From the NCBI GenBank assembly GCA_019638395.1, contig JAHBTX010000004.1:306411-370410 (forward strand): a stretch of DNA of 64,000 nucleotides. The letters run 5' to 3'. Below the pieces are notes generated by a model that saw nothing but the letters and a program-made list of their open reading frames with translations, was not told the origin of the DNA and did not search any database. This document shows positions 28,290 through 38,318 of this stretch, in pieces (the stretch's first letter is position 1; every line of letters begins with the position of its first letter). A program made the translations under genes and the position numbers. This DNA is from Cyclobacteriaceae bacterium. Lineage in GTDB: Bacteria > Bacteroidota > Bacteroidia > Cytophagales > Cyclobacteriaceae.

Positions 28290-30160
28290 TAGTATAATAT
28301 CCAAATTATAAAAGTAAGTAAGCCAGCTATAGCCCACAGTAAATAACTTTGAATTTTTCCATTTACAACCGAGCGCGTTACTCCGCCTAACCCGCGGGCT
28401 GCCCAGGATATGCTCCATACGGTTCCATCCACCACATATTTATCGGTCCAACCTGCAATATGTGCAAGCACCACCTTGCCGTAAGCCAACGCGTGAATAA
28501 ACCGATCAATCCATTTTTTATCGAAAGTGCTTGTTCGTGTACCCAGCGAGGTTGCCAGACGAATTAGCGCGGCATTACTATCATCCAGAAAACTTTGAAT
28601 GATGAAGGTGTTTGCTGCATTTCTGTTTCGAATAGACCAACCAACCAGTACTGCAAGAGCGGTAACAGCAATAGACCCGATTATGATTACTACGGGTATA
28701 GTACTTTGCGTTTGCATAACCACGGTAGCGAAAGAATTCAGGTGGCCATCATAAAATAAAAATGTAATTGATCCTGCAGCCAATGCGATAACCGGTATGC
28801 GCATAATCCACGGTGCTTCTTCAACCGTGTACCCGTGAGTTGCTGGTTTTAAGAAAGCAAACCAGAACAACCGAAAAATATAAATAGGGGTTGCAAATAC
28901 AATTACCCAAACCGCTAATTCTAGCCACCAGATATTTTGCTTATGTACGGCTGTAAGAATAATTTCTTTTGAAAGATAACCAGTGGTACCGGGAATCCCT
29001 GCTAGCGCTGCTGCTGCTATAGCAAAGCCAATAAAGGTAAACGGCATTTGCTTGCGCAGACTTCCCAGATTGCGAATATCCTGTACATCAAACCCGGGTT
29101 GATGATGCGTTGCCTGATGCATGGCATGAATGATTGCACCAGCACCTAAAAATAAACCAGCTTTAAAAAATGCATGATGTAACAGATGACTAAACGCGCC
29201 TGCAACTTCGCCTAACCCAAGGGCCAGAATCATAAAACCTAATTGCGATATAGTTGAATAAGCAAGAATTTTTTTGATGTCGGTAACCAGCCACGCGCCC
29301 ACCGCACCCATTAATGCCGATGCTATGCCCACATAAGTCATCAGCCATAGCGTATCGGGTGTAAAAGCCGGTACTAAGTGAACAAGTAAAAAAATACCTG
29401 CGGCTACCATAGTGGCGGCATGTATCAATGCCGACACCGGTGTTGGTCCCTGCATGGCATCAGGCAACCAGTTGAAGAGCGGAAACTGTGCCGACTTACC
29501 CACTACACCTATAAAAATACAAATGCCGGCAAGGGTGCTGATGCCTCCGGTTGTGGTAAGTGTTGTAAACGCCAGCGTGCCGGTTTGTACCCATAGCAGC
29601 AACAGCCCGATTAAAAACCCAACATCGCCAGCTTTTGTGATTAAGAATGCTTTTGTAGCAGCAAGCGATGCAGCGGGGTTATGTTGGGAATGAGCAATAA
29701 GCCGGTACGAACAAAAACCAACTAACTCCCAGAAGCAAAACGTAATCAACAGGTTGGTACTATACACCAGCCCCAGCATGGCAAATGTAAATACACCCAA
29801 GAAACCAAAATAACGATCGGTATTTTTTTCATTGGCCATGTAGCCCATTGAAAAAATATGAACCATGGCAGAAACAAACAGTACTACTGCAGCCATCATG
29901 CGTGTAACGGGCGTAGATAAAATTCCTATTTCTATAGAAGTTGTGCCTAACGATAACCACGGGGTTGAGTACGTTTCACTTAAATTATAATCGGCTAACA
30001 GCGGGAATAAAATGGCAATGGCTGCTGCAAGCATGAGTGCAGCGCTAAGGATCGGGATGAGCCAACTGAATTTTTCTTTTACCGAAAATGCAATACCGGC
30101 CGATGCCAGCGGCATAATAAGTGTAGCGAGCAAAACAAAAAATGTATTGCTGTCGCTCAT
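28289..30160 (-). CDS. nuoL: NADH-quinone oxidoreductase subunit L
   Basis: FWELVGFCSY, KAGDVG, GKSAQFPLFNWLPDAMQGPTPVSALIHAATMV, DIKKILAYST. Confidence 0.93.
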   Translation of the reverse strand: MSDSNTFFVLLATLIMPLASAGIAFSVKEKFSWLIPILSAALMLAAAIAILFPLLADYNLSETYSTPWLSLGTTSIEIGILSTPVTRMMAAVVLFVSAMVHIFSMGYMANEKNTDRYFGFLGVFTFAMLGLVYSTNLLITFCFWELVGFCSYRLIAHSQHNPAASLAATKAFLITKAGDVGFLIGLLLLWVQTGTLAFTTLTTTGGISTLAGICIFIGVVGKSAQFPLFNWLPDAMQGPTPVSALIHAATMVAAGIFLLVHLVPAFTPDTLWLMTYVGIASALMGAVGAWLVTDIKKILAYSTISQLGFMILALGLGEVAGAFSHLLHHAFFKAGLFLGAGAIIHAMHQATHHQPGFDVQDIRNLGSLRKQMPFTFIGFAIAAAALAGIPGTTGYLSKEIILTAVHKQNIWWLELAVWVIVFATPIYIFRLFWFAFLKPATHGYTVEEAPWIMRIPVIALAAGSITFLFYDGHLNSFATVVMQTQSTIPVVIIIGSIAVTALAVLVGWSIRNRNAANTFIIQSFLDDSNAALIRLATSLGTRTSTFDKKWIDRFIHALAYGKVVLAHIAGWTDKYVVDGTVWSISWAARGLGGVTRSVVNGKIQSYLLWAIAGLLTFIIWILY

Positions 30161-30462
30161 TGTTCTTTCAGGTTGTTGATGTTATCGGGTACAGCCGATT
30201 TATAATAATGATACACGCGCAGAATAATGGCAATACCTACTGCAGCTTCGCATACCGCCACCAGTATTACAAACAAAGCAAACAGTAGCCCATCCATACC
30301 TGCTTGTTGTTTATTGAATAAAACCAGGTTCAGGTTGGCAGCATTCAGCATGAGTTCGATGCCCATTAATACCAGCAGCGCATTTTTTTTAGTGAATACA
30401 ATTAATAGTCCGCAACTAAACAGCAATACACCCAAGTAAAACAGAAAATCAGTTTCAGTCAT
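30157..30462 (-). CDS. nuoK: NADH-quinone oxidoreductase subunit K
   Basis: LMGIELMLNAANL, VAVCEAAVGIAI; start likely the ATG at 30462. Confidence 0.93.
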   Translation of the reverse strand: MTETDFLFYLGVLLFSCGLLIVFTKKNALLVLMGIELMLNAANLNLVLFNKQQAGMDGLLFALFVILVAVCEAAVGIAIILRVYHYYKSAVPDNINNLKEQ

Positions 30463-30955
30463 GTACAGATTTTTTGAACGATGAAGCGGTGAGTGCTGCC
30501 CCAATCAGGCACACTAATAGCAACACACCCCCTATTTCAAAAGGTGCGGCATAGTCGGTAAAAAGTGCTATACCCATTGGTTTTAATTCTCTAAATGCTG
30601 ACAAGCTTGTATTTACAAAATTAGTTTGATGATACCCGAACACTAACATTTGCACCATAACAGCCGCTACCAGCAAGCCCCAAAACCGGTTATGCGATTC
30701 AACTTGCAATGGTTTACCTTGTAAGCGATTAGTAACCACAATGGCAAATACAATCAACACTAATACCCCGCCAGCATAAATCAAAATTTGTGTTATAGCC
30801 AAAAAGCCGGCTTGCATAATTCCGTAAATACCTGCTAATGCCATTAAACAAGAAAGCAAACATAACGCTGCGTAAAAGACCTGCCGAACAAAAATGATGG
30901 CGAGTGCACTGGCAGCAGCAATTCCGGTTAATATGTACAACACCACTTGTTCCAT
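30455..30955 (-). CDS. nuoJ: NADH-quinone oxidoreductase subunit J
   Basis: QILIYAGGVLVL.VFAI, PFEIGGVLLLVCLIGA. Confidence 0.9.
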   Translation of the reverse strand: MEQVVLYILTGIAAASALAIIFVRQVFYAALCLLSCLMALAGIYGIMQAGFLAITQILIYAGGVLVLIVFAIVVTNRLQGKPLQVESHNRFWGLLVAAVMVQMLVFGYHQTNFVNTSLSAFRELKPMGIALFTDYAAPFEIGGVLLLVCLIGAALTASSFKKSVHD

Positions 30956-31602
30956 TATGAGTTGGGTTGTGCGGGTGGAGTTGGTTTAAACTTTGGTTTC
31001 ATAGCCACAACTGGCTTTGTACCTTCTGTAGTGGTAGTTGGTGATTTGGTTTGCTGATGTGTAGCCCACTCTTTTTTTCGTTGTTCAATTTCTGCTACGC
31101 TCATATTACCGAAACCAAAGTTGTGTGTCGTTATATCAAACGTAGAAAAATCATATTCTTTTGTCATGGTAAGGCACTCGGTAGGGCACACGGTTGTGCA
31201 TAATCCGCAAAAGCAACACTTAGCCATGTCAATATCAAATACAGCTGCATAAATCCGTTTGGAAGTTCCGTCTGATGTTTTTCCAAATTCTTCGGGCGAG
31301 CGGATGGGTTCTATGGTTATGCAGTTTACCGGACATACCTTAGCACACTTATCACATACAATACAATCGTCAATTTCATTGTGTAATTTATACCTGCCAT
31401 TATCCGGCACGGGAATGGTTTCGTGCGGGTATTGAACGGTTGTAATGCCTTGTTGTGCTTCGAAGTATCCGGATTCCGCAATTGCAAATGACTTAACACT
31501 TTTGCGCGATTTTATAAGGTGCTTGAATGTTAAAGACAGACCGTGCGTTAAGGATTTAACAGCTCTGCTAATATTACTCCAATACGACTGTTCCTTTTGC
31601 AT
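30955..31602 (-). CDS. nuoI: NADH-quinone oxidoreductase subunit I
   Basis: Two 4Fe-4S motifs, CIVCDKCAKVCP and CCFCGLCTTVCP. Confidence 0.9.
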   Translation of the reverse strand: MQKEQSYWSNISRAVKSLTHGLSLTFKHLIKSRKSVKSFAIAESGYFEAQQGITTVQYPHETIPVPDNGRYKLHNEIDDCIVCDKCAKVCPVNCITIEPIRSPEEFGKTSDGTSKRIYAAVFDIDMAKCCFCGLCTTVCPTECLTMTKEYDFSTFDITTHNFGFGNMSVAEIEQRKKEWATHQQTKSPTTTTEGTKPVVAMKPKFKPTPPAQPNS

Positions 31603-31700
31603 GGGGCGTTAATGCTTTCCGCGAATAGATCTCGATAACCGAGGTAATTTCGAGTAGCTTAGTTCAAGTAACAAAAATAGAGGTAAAAAGATTATCCCAA

Positions 31701-33722
31701 CTATGCTTTGGGTAATGTAAAGTAAAAAGTGCTGCCTTTACCGGCTTCGCTTTCCAACCAAATAGTACCTCCGTTTTTTTCTACAAACTCTTTACAGAGA
31801 ATAAGACCCAGGCCGGTACCTTTTTCGTTGGCGGTGCCGCGGGTGCTGTAACCCATTGTTTTCTCAAACAAAATCTTTTGAACTTCGGGCTGAATGCCTA
31901 CTCCAAAATCGCGGATGGCCATGGTAATAAAACCGTCTTTTTCGGTTGCAGAAATTTCTATATCGCCACCAGCTTTGGAAAATTTGATGGCATTCAGAAT
32001 GAGGTTGCGCAGCACCAGGTTTACCATGTTCAGATCGCCCCAGCCATAGGTGTTGGCAGGTACTTTGTTAACCAGCTTCATTTCCTTCAGGTGCATGGAC
32101 GATAGCAGGTTGAAGTTTTCATTCACCAATCCGGAGAGTTCAATTTTTTCGGGTTGGATTTTAAGTTTATCCATTTGAAACAGTGCCCAATCCAACAGGT
32201 TATTGATGAGCGTGCGCGTATGGTTAAATTGAGTTCGAAGTTCTTTGGTTAGGTTTGAAAACTCTTCGCGCGAAACGTTGTCGCGTTCCATCAGGTTCAA
32301 AACCCCCGAAAGGGCATTCATGGGCGAACGTAGATCGTGTGATATAATGGAGAAGAATTTGTCTTTAACCTGATTGAGTTGTTCCAGTTCGTCTTTTCGT
32401 TTTTTGATTTCTTCCTGGTGCTCCATCAGCAATTTGTTGATCTGAATTCTGCGCTGTCCGCTTCTGTAAACCGTAAACAACATAATGGCGGTTAAGGCTA
32501 CCACCACTACCAGTATATTTCTTAAAAACTCCTCGCGTTTAATTTCTCCTTGTTGATCGGAGCGGGCTTTACTTAAAGTAGCAATTTCATAATCTTTTGT
32601 TTCGGTTTTAAACCGCAGTTGATCCTGGAATATTTTTTCCAACATATCTATGCTGAATAATGAATCTTCCAGTTGCTTGTAGTTTTTATAATATTCGAGC
32701 GACACTTTAAAGTCTCCTTTCCGTTCGGCCAGGTTCGATAAAAGTTTGTAACAGTCGATACTCATTTTATCGGCATTGAAACTTTTGGCCGTTGCCAGGC
32801 TGCTTTCAATTTTTTTCTGGGCCTCGGCAAATTTTCCCTGCTCCATTAAAATTTCACTCTTACCCAGATTTACTTCGGCAACACCAAATTCGTTGCTGTT
32901 ATGCTCGTATATGCGGGTGGCCGAATCGTACATGGCCAGAGCTTTATCAAATTGTTTGGTTTCAAAATAGAGTTTGGCCAGGTGTTTCAATATACGCGGC
33001 TCTAAAACTGTTATTTTTCTGGCTTTGGTATTCTTCAAGGCTTTGGTCAGGTTTTCTTCGGCTTTCCCATAATCTTTCTTCCGTAAGAAAACATCGCCAA
33101 CAGCATCTTGATTGTAGGGCAATCCGTCCAGATCGTTACTGGCTTCACTAAGTTTTATAGCTACCGAAAAATGATCTAACGCCAGGTCGTATTGGCCAAG
33201 CTCGGTTAACACAGTGCCGGTGTTAAACATAGCAACTGCCATAGCCAGGGTATCGTTAATGGCGCGGGCAACCCGGTACGATTGTGTAAAGTAATAGTAG
33301 GCCTCATCGTATTTGCCCAGGTCGCTATAATCATTACCCAAATAGTTTAGCGTTTCGGCAATGGCCGCACTATCGCGTTTACTAATAACCAATTGCAGGT
33401 TCAGGTTGTCGTATTTTATTGCACTGGTATAATCGCCACTAATGGTTGCCAGAAATCCTTCTTGCGAGTAGGCCGAAACTTTTCCCCATACCCAATTTTT
33501 GTCTTCGGCCAAAGCCAGGGCCTGATCAGAAAATTGTTTGGCTCTTGCAAAATTTTTGTATTGATATTTTTTGGAGAGTTCAATCATAAGCCTTAGCCGA
33601 ACAGAATCGGTTGTGGTATTGCGCAGCACACTTTCTAAACTATCCAGGTTTTGACGTGCAAACGTTACTCCGGTTAGTAATAACCCACAACACAGAAATA
33701 CAGATGTAAAAAAATACTTCAT
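31701..33722 (-). CDS. Orphan TPR sensor histidine kinase inside the nuo cluster
   Basis: Signal peptide MKYFF, TPRs, TM segment, SHDLRSP, NLILNAIKF, DFGVG and GTGLGL; ATG at 33722 is 4 nt after the nuoH stop. Confidence 0.9.
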   Translation of the reverse strand: MKYFFTSVFLCCGLLLTGVTFARQNLDSLESVLRNTTTDSVRLRLMIELSKKYQYKNFARAKQFSDQALALAEDKNWVWGKVSAYSQEGFLATISGDYTSAIKYDNLNLQLVISKRDSAAIAETLNYLGNDYSDLGKYDEAYYYFTQSYRVARAINDTLAMAVAMFNTGTVLTELGQYDLALDHFSVAIKLSEASNDLDGLPYNQDAVGDVFLRKKDYGKAEENLTKALKNTKARKITVLEPRILKHLAKLYFETKQFDKALAMYDSATRIYEHNSNEFGVAEVNLGKSEILMEQGKFAEAQKKIESSLATAKSFNADKMSIDCYKLLSNLAERKGDFKVSLEYYKNYKQLEDSLFSIDMLEKIFQDQLRFKTETKDYEIATLSKARSDQQGEIKREEFLRNILVVVVALTAIMLFTVYRSGQRRIQINKLLMEHQEEIKKRKDELEQLNQVKDKFFSIISHDLRSPMNALSGVLNLMERDNVSREEFSNLTKELRTQFNHTRTLINNLLDWALFQMDKLKIQPEKIELSGLVNENFNLLSSMHLKEMKLVNKVPANTYGWGDLNMVNLVLRNLILNAIKFSKAGGDIEISATEKDGFITMAIRDFGVGIQPEVQKILFEKTMGYSTRGTANEKGTGLGLILCKEFVEKNGGTIWLESEAGKGSTFYFTLPKA

Positions 33723-33726
33723 ACTA

Positions 33727-34809
33727 TTACAATAGCCATAGTTTCCACAAAGCACAGATCAAAAGTAACACAAAAGCCAATGGAGTAAGAAATTTCCAGC
33801 TTAAAGATGTTAGCTGGTCTATGCGAATACGCGGGTACGTCCAGCGTACCCAAATCTGGATGGCCACCAGCGTAAAGGTTTTGAACACCAGCCAAAAAAT
33901 TCCCCACACGTGTATCGCTAATGTTCCTGGTTGCCCGGTTGTCCAATCGGCCAAAGCAACTGTTCCGATGTTGGGCAATGGAGTATTCCAACTGCCCCAA
34001 AAAAGAATTACGCCTACAAAACTTACCAGCAACATCATGGCATATTCGGCCAGCATAATCACTGCCCACCGAAAGCCGGAGTATTCGGTTTGATAACCGG
34101 CCACTAATTCCGATTCGGCTTCGGGTAAATCGAAAGGTGCGCGGTTGCTTTCGGCTAATGACGCGATGAAGAATATAATCCATACAAAAAATAAAGCCGG
34201 CATGCGAAACACATTCCAGGTAAGAAAGCCACCCACCGCAGCTACATCGGGTAAACCTTTTATACCGAAAAGTGGAGTTACACTTTCTGTATTAAGAATG
34301 CTTTGCTGATAGGAAATCTCCTGCAAGTCGAGTGATTGCGTGAACACGCAAACACAAAGTACTGCCAGGCTGAGCGGAACTTCGTATGAAATAATTTGTG
34401 CAACCGAACGCATGGTGCCCAACATGCTGTACTTGTTGTTGGAAGCCCAACCCGCAATTACAATCCCGATTACATCCAACGAAATAATGGCCAACAGAAA
34501 AAAGAGAGCCGATGAAAAACCAAAACTCCATTCTGCCGAAAGGGGCAGTACACTAAACCCTAAAAAGATGGGGATAAAGATGAGCAGCGGTGCAGCTTTG
34601 AAAAGAAATTTATTTGCCTGCGCGGGCACGAGGTCTTCCTTTTGCAACAACTTTAACAGATCGGCAACAGTTTGCAGCATGCCGTAATAGCCTACTTCCA
34701 TGGGGCCGAGGCGATCTTGCATAAAGGCCGAGATCTTACGCTCGGCATACACCGCCACAATGGTATAGAATACCAGAAAGGGTAATATGAATAGCAACGT
34801 GGTAAGCAC
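33727..34809 (-). CDS. nuoH: NADH-quinone oxidoreductase subunit H
   Basis: ERKISAFMQDRLGP, ADLLKLLQKE, QIISYEVP, ESNRAPFDLPEAESELVAGY. Confidence 0.95.
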   Translation of the reverse strand: MLTTLLFILPFLVFYTIVAVYAERKISAFMQDRLGPMEVGYYGMLQTVADLLKLLQKEDLVPAQANKFLFKAAPLLIFIPIFLGFSVLPLSAEWSFGFSSALFFLLAIISLDVIGIVIAGWASNNKYSMLGTMRSVAQIISYEVPLSLAVLCVCVFTQSLDLQEISYQQSILNTESVTPLFGIKGLPDVAAVGGFLTWNVFRMPALFFVWIIFFIASLAESNRAPFDLPEAESELVAGYQTEYSGFRWAVIMLAEYAMMLLVSFVGVILFWGSWNTPLPNIGTVALADWTTGQPGTLAIHVWGIFWLVFKTFTLVAIQIWVRWTYPRIRIDQLTSLSWKFLTPLAFVLLLICALWKLWLL

Positions 34810-35328
34810 AAGCCTTTGGTTAAAGGGCTAAATTTCTGCTTTTATTTGAGATATAAACGCCACAAAGTGAAAAAATCCTACGTGTGAGAGGATTGAGGGT
34901 GGGTTGAGATAAGTTGTGATTGGCTGAACTTCTGGGCTCAATGAAACTTTAAAAGTGCATTGGAACAGACATGAGCGTCATTCTTATTGGATACATTCAT
35001 AAAAATGTGAGGAAGTATATCAACTATTTGAACGAAATCTTATACTGCGATTGAAAGTTTAAAATCGACTTCATAGATTTCTAAGTATAACCTGAATGAA
35101 AAGTGTTTCCCAATTACTGTAAGGCTTGATTCTATAAATCTTCATTTTCGCTAAGAATAACTCGAAACTTGTTTGGGCCTGTTGGACTATCTGGTATTTC
35201 CATTTGGTAAATAAATTTATAAATATACTTGTTATCATTCTTCGCGTGGCTATACTCGAGGTAATCCAGAAACCACCAAGAATCTATTATGTTTCTTTAA
35301 TTCTTTAAATACATATGCTGGTGCAGGA

Positions 35329-35865
35329 TTATCGTTCAAAAAATCTATATTCCATGATATGACTTCCGTTAGGTTTTAAAAGGAAATTGAATTTTGATAT
35401 GACATAATTGGAATTAGAATTAGGGAATCTTTTGGTAAGATCTTTATTCCTATCGGAAGGGTGAATAAAATCAACATACAACTTGCTTTCACCAACCTTG
35501 ATTGGATAATCACTTACATTGGAGAATTCGCACCTGAATACAACAGGCTGTTTTTCAAGTTCAGGCCATACATTAGTAAGGGAAATTAAAGGACGTTCAT
35601 TTCTTCTTTTTTCATTCAAATCCTCCATTGACTTGAGTGAATCTGCCACCTGCCTGTTCTTCTTTATCACGAGTTCTATATTGTTGATCTTGGTATTCGC
35701 ATAAAAACTTATAAGTCCACCGACAAATGTAAGCGTAATTGGAGCAAGCCATAAAATGTATTTCCAAAACATTAGATCTCCTTCGTTATTCATAGTTATA
35801 TTCTGGATGATATTCCAGATATAGCTTAAAGAAAAGAACATCTTCCTAAGGTGCTGGTTCTTCAC
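35329..35865 (-). CDS. AT-rich hypothetical protein with an N-terminal TM segment
   Basis: Long ORF in an AT-rich islet; hydrophobic YILWLAPITLTFVGGLISF; start uncertain. Confidence 0.55.
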   Translation of the reverse strand: MKNQHLRKMFFSLSYIWNIIQNITMNNEGDLMFWKYILWLAPITLTFVGGLISFYANTKINNIELVIKKNRQVADSLKSMEDLNEKRRNERPLISLTNVWPELEKQPVVFRCEFSNVSDYPIKVGESKLYVDFIHPSDRNKDLTKRFPNSNSNYVISKFNFLLKPNGSHIMEYRFFER

Positions 35866-35937
35866 CAGCTTGAACTGGCTTTAAATAGCAAGGTATTTTA
35901 GCGACTCAATCAGGACTATTTTTCGTAAATTTAAACT

Positions 35938-36402
35938 GTGAAGCAAAGAATATATATTGATACATCAGTATTTGGTGGTTATTTTGATGAAGAGTTCGCT
36001 GAACACACAATTCCTTTATTCGAAAGATTTAAGAATGGAGAGTTTAAATTACTGTTTTCAACAGTTACACAAGATGAACTTGAAAGTGCTCCAGAACAAG
36101 TAAGAGAATTAGTGAAAAGCCTTAAAGTGGAATCAACTGAGTTTCTTGATACTGTGGATGACGCGGTAAATTTGGCCACAGAGTACATAAACGAAGGCGT
36201 AGTTGGGCAAACAAGTTACGCTGACTGCTTACATATAGCTTTAGCAACAATTAACCGGGCTGATTTTCTGGTTAGTTGGAACTTTAAACATATTGTTAAC
36301 GTACAACGAATACGAGGATACAACTCCATTAACATAAAAAATGGCTATAGGCAACTGGAGATTCGTTCACCAAGAGAATTTGAAAGATATGAAGACGATT
36401 GA
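35938..36402 (+). CDS. PIN-domain (VapC-like) protein
   Basis: IYIDTSVFGG, DCLHIALA and LVSWNFKHIVN acidic PIN motifs. Confidence 0.88.
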   Translation: MKQRIYIDTSVFGGYFDEEFAEHTIPLFERFKNGEFKLLFSTVTQDELESAPEQVRELVKSLKVESTEFLDTVDDAVNLATEYINEGVVGQTSYADCLHIALATINRADFLVSWNFKHIVNVQRIRGYNSINIKNGYRQLEIRSPREFERYEDD

Positions 36403-36541
36403 AAAAAAATTTGATGCTGTTAATTTCATGAGGCAACAGCGCGATAAACTCAGTCATAAGTTATCAAAGATGACTAAGGCCGAAGTGATTGAATATTTTA
36501 AAATGCGTAAGAAGGAAACGACAACTAGACCTTCTGCATAA
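36389..36541 (+). CDS. Small basic protein, putative antitoxin partner of the PIN protein
   Basis: 50 aa MKTIEKKFDAVNFMRQQRDKLS..., overlapping the PIN stop. Confidence 0.65.
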   Translation: MKTIEKKFDAVNFMRQQRDKLSHKLSKMTKAEVIEYFKMRKKETTTRPSA

Positions 36542-36552
36542 AGCAATAAATC

Positions 36553-37383
36553 TCAATTCCACAACGGATGATGCCTCAACTCTACCTGGCTCTTAAAAAA
36601 TAATTTGGTGGCAGCTTCAAAAGCTTCGGTATAATCGGAAACAAAGAATTGATGGGTAGCCGCAGTTGTGTTCAGCAAGCGGTGGGCTGCTAAGTATTGA
36701 TGTAAAGCTTGTGCTACAATCGCAGCTGAGTCGAGAATAGCAATTTTGTTTTGATAATATTGGTTAATCTCAGGTTTGATCAGCGGATAATGTGTACACG
36801 CCAATACGAGTGCTTCAATATCATTCAGCGTTGGATCGGCTAAATATTGTGCAATAATTTCATGACTGATCTGGTTATTAAAAAAACCTTCTTCAATCAT
36901 GGGTGCCAATAAAGGGGTGGCCAATGTTTTTAGTTTGATGGTGTTGTCGGCTTCTTCCAGCTTACGCGTATATACACTTGAGTTTATGGTGCGTTTGGTG
37001 CCAATCAACCCAACCGTTTTGCCGGGGTAGTATTCGGCAATGTAATCCACCATCGGGTCGATTACATTAATAATGTGTGCATCGTGGCGCACATATTCTT
37101 TCAACAACTCATAAGCGGCAGAGCTGGCCGAGTTACATGCAATCACAATTACTTTGCAGCCTTGCTTCAACAACACATCGGCAATCTTAATCGAGAAAGC
37201 CTGAATGGCAGCTTCCGATTTATCACCGTAAGGGAGGTGCGCGGTATCGCCAAAATAAATCAGGCTTTCGTTCGGTAATTCCTGTTGGATGGCATGGGCT
37301 ACGGTAAGTCCGCCAATGCCACTATCAAAAACCCCAATGGGTGCTGTCGGTTGCTTTTTCACAGAGCGCAAAAATAGGCGCAA
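36553..37383 (-). CDS. murI: Glutamate racemase
   Basis: IGVFDSGIGGLTV, GDTAHLPYG, IACNSAS, LACTHYP; exact start uncertain. Confidence 0.95.
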   Translation of the reverse strand: MRLFLRSVKKQPTAPIGVFDSGIGGLTVAHAIQQELPNESLIYFGDTAHLPYGDKSEAAIQAFSIKIADVLLKQGCKVIVIACNSASSAAYELLKEYVRHDAHIINVIDPMVDYIAEYYPGKTVGLIGTKRTINSSVYTRKLEEADNTIKLKTLATPLLAPMIEEGFFNNQISHEIIAQYLADPTLNDIEALVLACTHYPLIKPEINQYYQNKIAILDSAAIVAQALHQYLAAHRLLNTTAATHQFFVSDYTEAFEAATKLFFKSQVELRHHPLWN

Positions 37384-37431
37384 TGCGCAGGAAATTTGTA
37401 ATATTGCTCAAACTTTTAAATCGCACTTCAC

Positions 37432-38241
37432 ATGGCCAATCTGCTTAAAGGAAAAAAGGGAATCATATTCGGAGCGTTAGATGAAAATTCTATTGCCTGG
37501 AAAACAGCATTGAAAATAAAAGAAGAAGGTGGTGAGTTTACATTAACCAATGCCCCCATCGCTATGCGGTTGGGCACCATCAACAAACTGGCTGAAGCCT
37601 GCAACGCGCAGGTAATTCCGGCCGATGCTACTTCCGAACCCGACCTGAATAACTTGTTTACCAAATCGATGGAAGTATTGGGTGGAAAACTGGATTTTGT
37701 ATTGCACTCGATTGGTATGAGTCCTAACATCCGCAAAGGCAAAGAGTATGGCGATATGAACTACGAATGGTATTTGAAGACGCTCGATATTTCTGCGCTG
37801 TCGTTTCATAAAGTATTGCAGACTTCAGAAAAATTAGATGCGATGAATGAGTGGGGTTCGGTAGTAGCATTAAGTTACATTGCTGCACAACGCGCTTACC
37901 CCGATTACACCGATATGGCACAAGCCAAAGCCATGTTGGAATCCATTGCGCGTAGTTATGGCCAGCGGTATGGCACCAAAAAGAAAGTACGCGTCAATAC
38001 GATTTCACAATCACCAACCAAAACCACAGCCGGTACCGGCATTTCAGGTTTCGATGTGTTCTTTGATTTTGCTGATATGATGTCGCCTTTGGGTAACGCT
38101 TCCGCAGAAGATTGCGCCAACTACATTGCCGTTATGTTTTCGGATTACACCCGCATGGTTACCATGCAAAACCTGATGCACGATGGTGGATTTTCATCAT
38201 CGGGTATTACCAATAATCTGATTGAACGGTTATCCAAGTAA
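37432..38241 (+). CDS. fabI: Enoyl-ACP reductase
   Basis: GKKGIIFGALDENSIAW, LHSIGMS, YTDMAQAKAMLES, RVNTISQSP. Confidence 0.92.
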   Translation: MANLLKGKKGIIFGALDENSIAWKTALKIKEEGGEFTLTNAPIAMRLGTINKLAEACNAQVIPADATSEPDLNNLFTKSMEVLGGKLDFVLHSIGMSPNIRKGKEYGDMNYEWYLKTLDISALSFHKVLQTSEKLDAMNEWGSVVALSYIAAQRAYPDYTDMAQAKAMLESIARSYGQRYGTKKKVRVNTISQSPTKTTAGTGISGFDVFFDFADMMSPLGNASAEDCANYIAVMFSDYTRMVTMQNLMHDGGFSSSGITNNLIERLSK

Positions 38242-38253
38242 TTTAAATTTAGT

Positions 38254-38312
38254 ATCTGGTTAAGATTGTTGGGTGTGTAACATCAGCAACCAGTAATCGG
38301 TAACCAGTAACT
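38254..38312. repeat. Degenerate heptamer-periodic element (GTAACCA family)
   Basis: GCAACCA GTAATCG GTAACCA GTAACTG, with a weakly complementary left arm (ATCTGGTT). Confidence 0.55.
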
Positions 38313-38318
38313 GTCTAA

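Noticed and set aside
33719-34183. 154-aa minus-strand ORF overlapping nuoH, plus the many antisense and alternate-frame ORFs in the track
   Set aside because: These are shadow ORFs fully inside well-supported genes, with no motifs or start context.
35100-35345. Possible frameshifted continuation of the 35329-35865 ORF at a T6 run
   Set aside because: A +1 shift adds only about 30 aa, and reaching the next open stretch needs a second shift; there is no homolog evidence for a pseudogene call.
36520-36552. Possible integron-cassette (attC-like) end after the PIN module (GCATAA)
   Set aside because: No RYYTAAC/GTTRRRY pair or attC stem is visible, and there is no integrase in the window.
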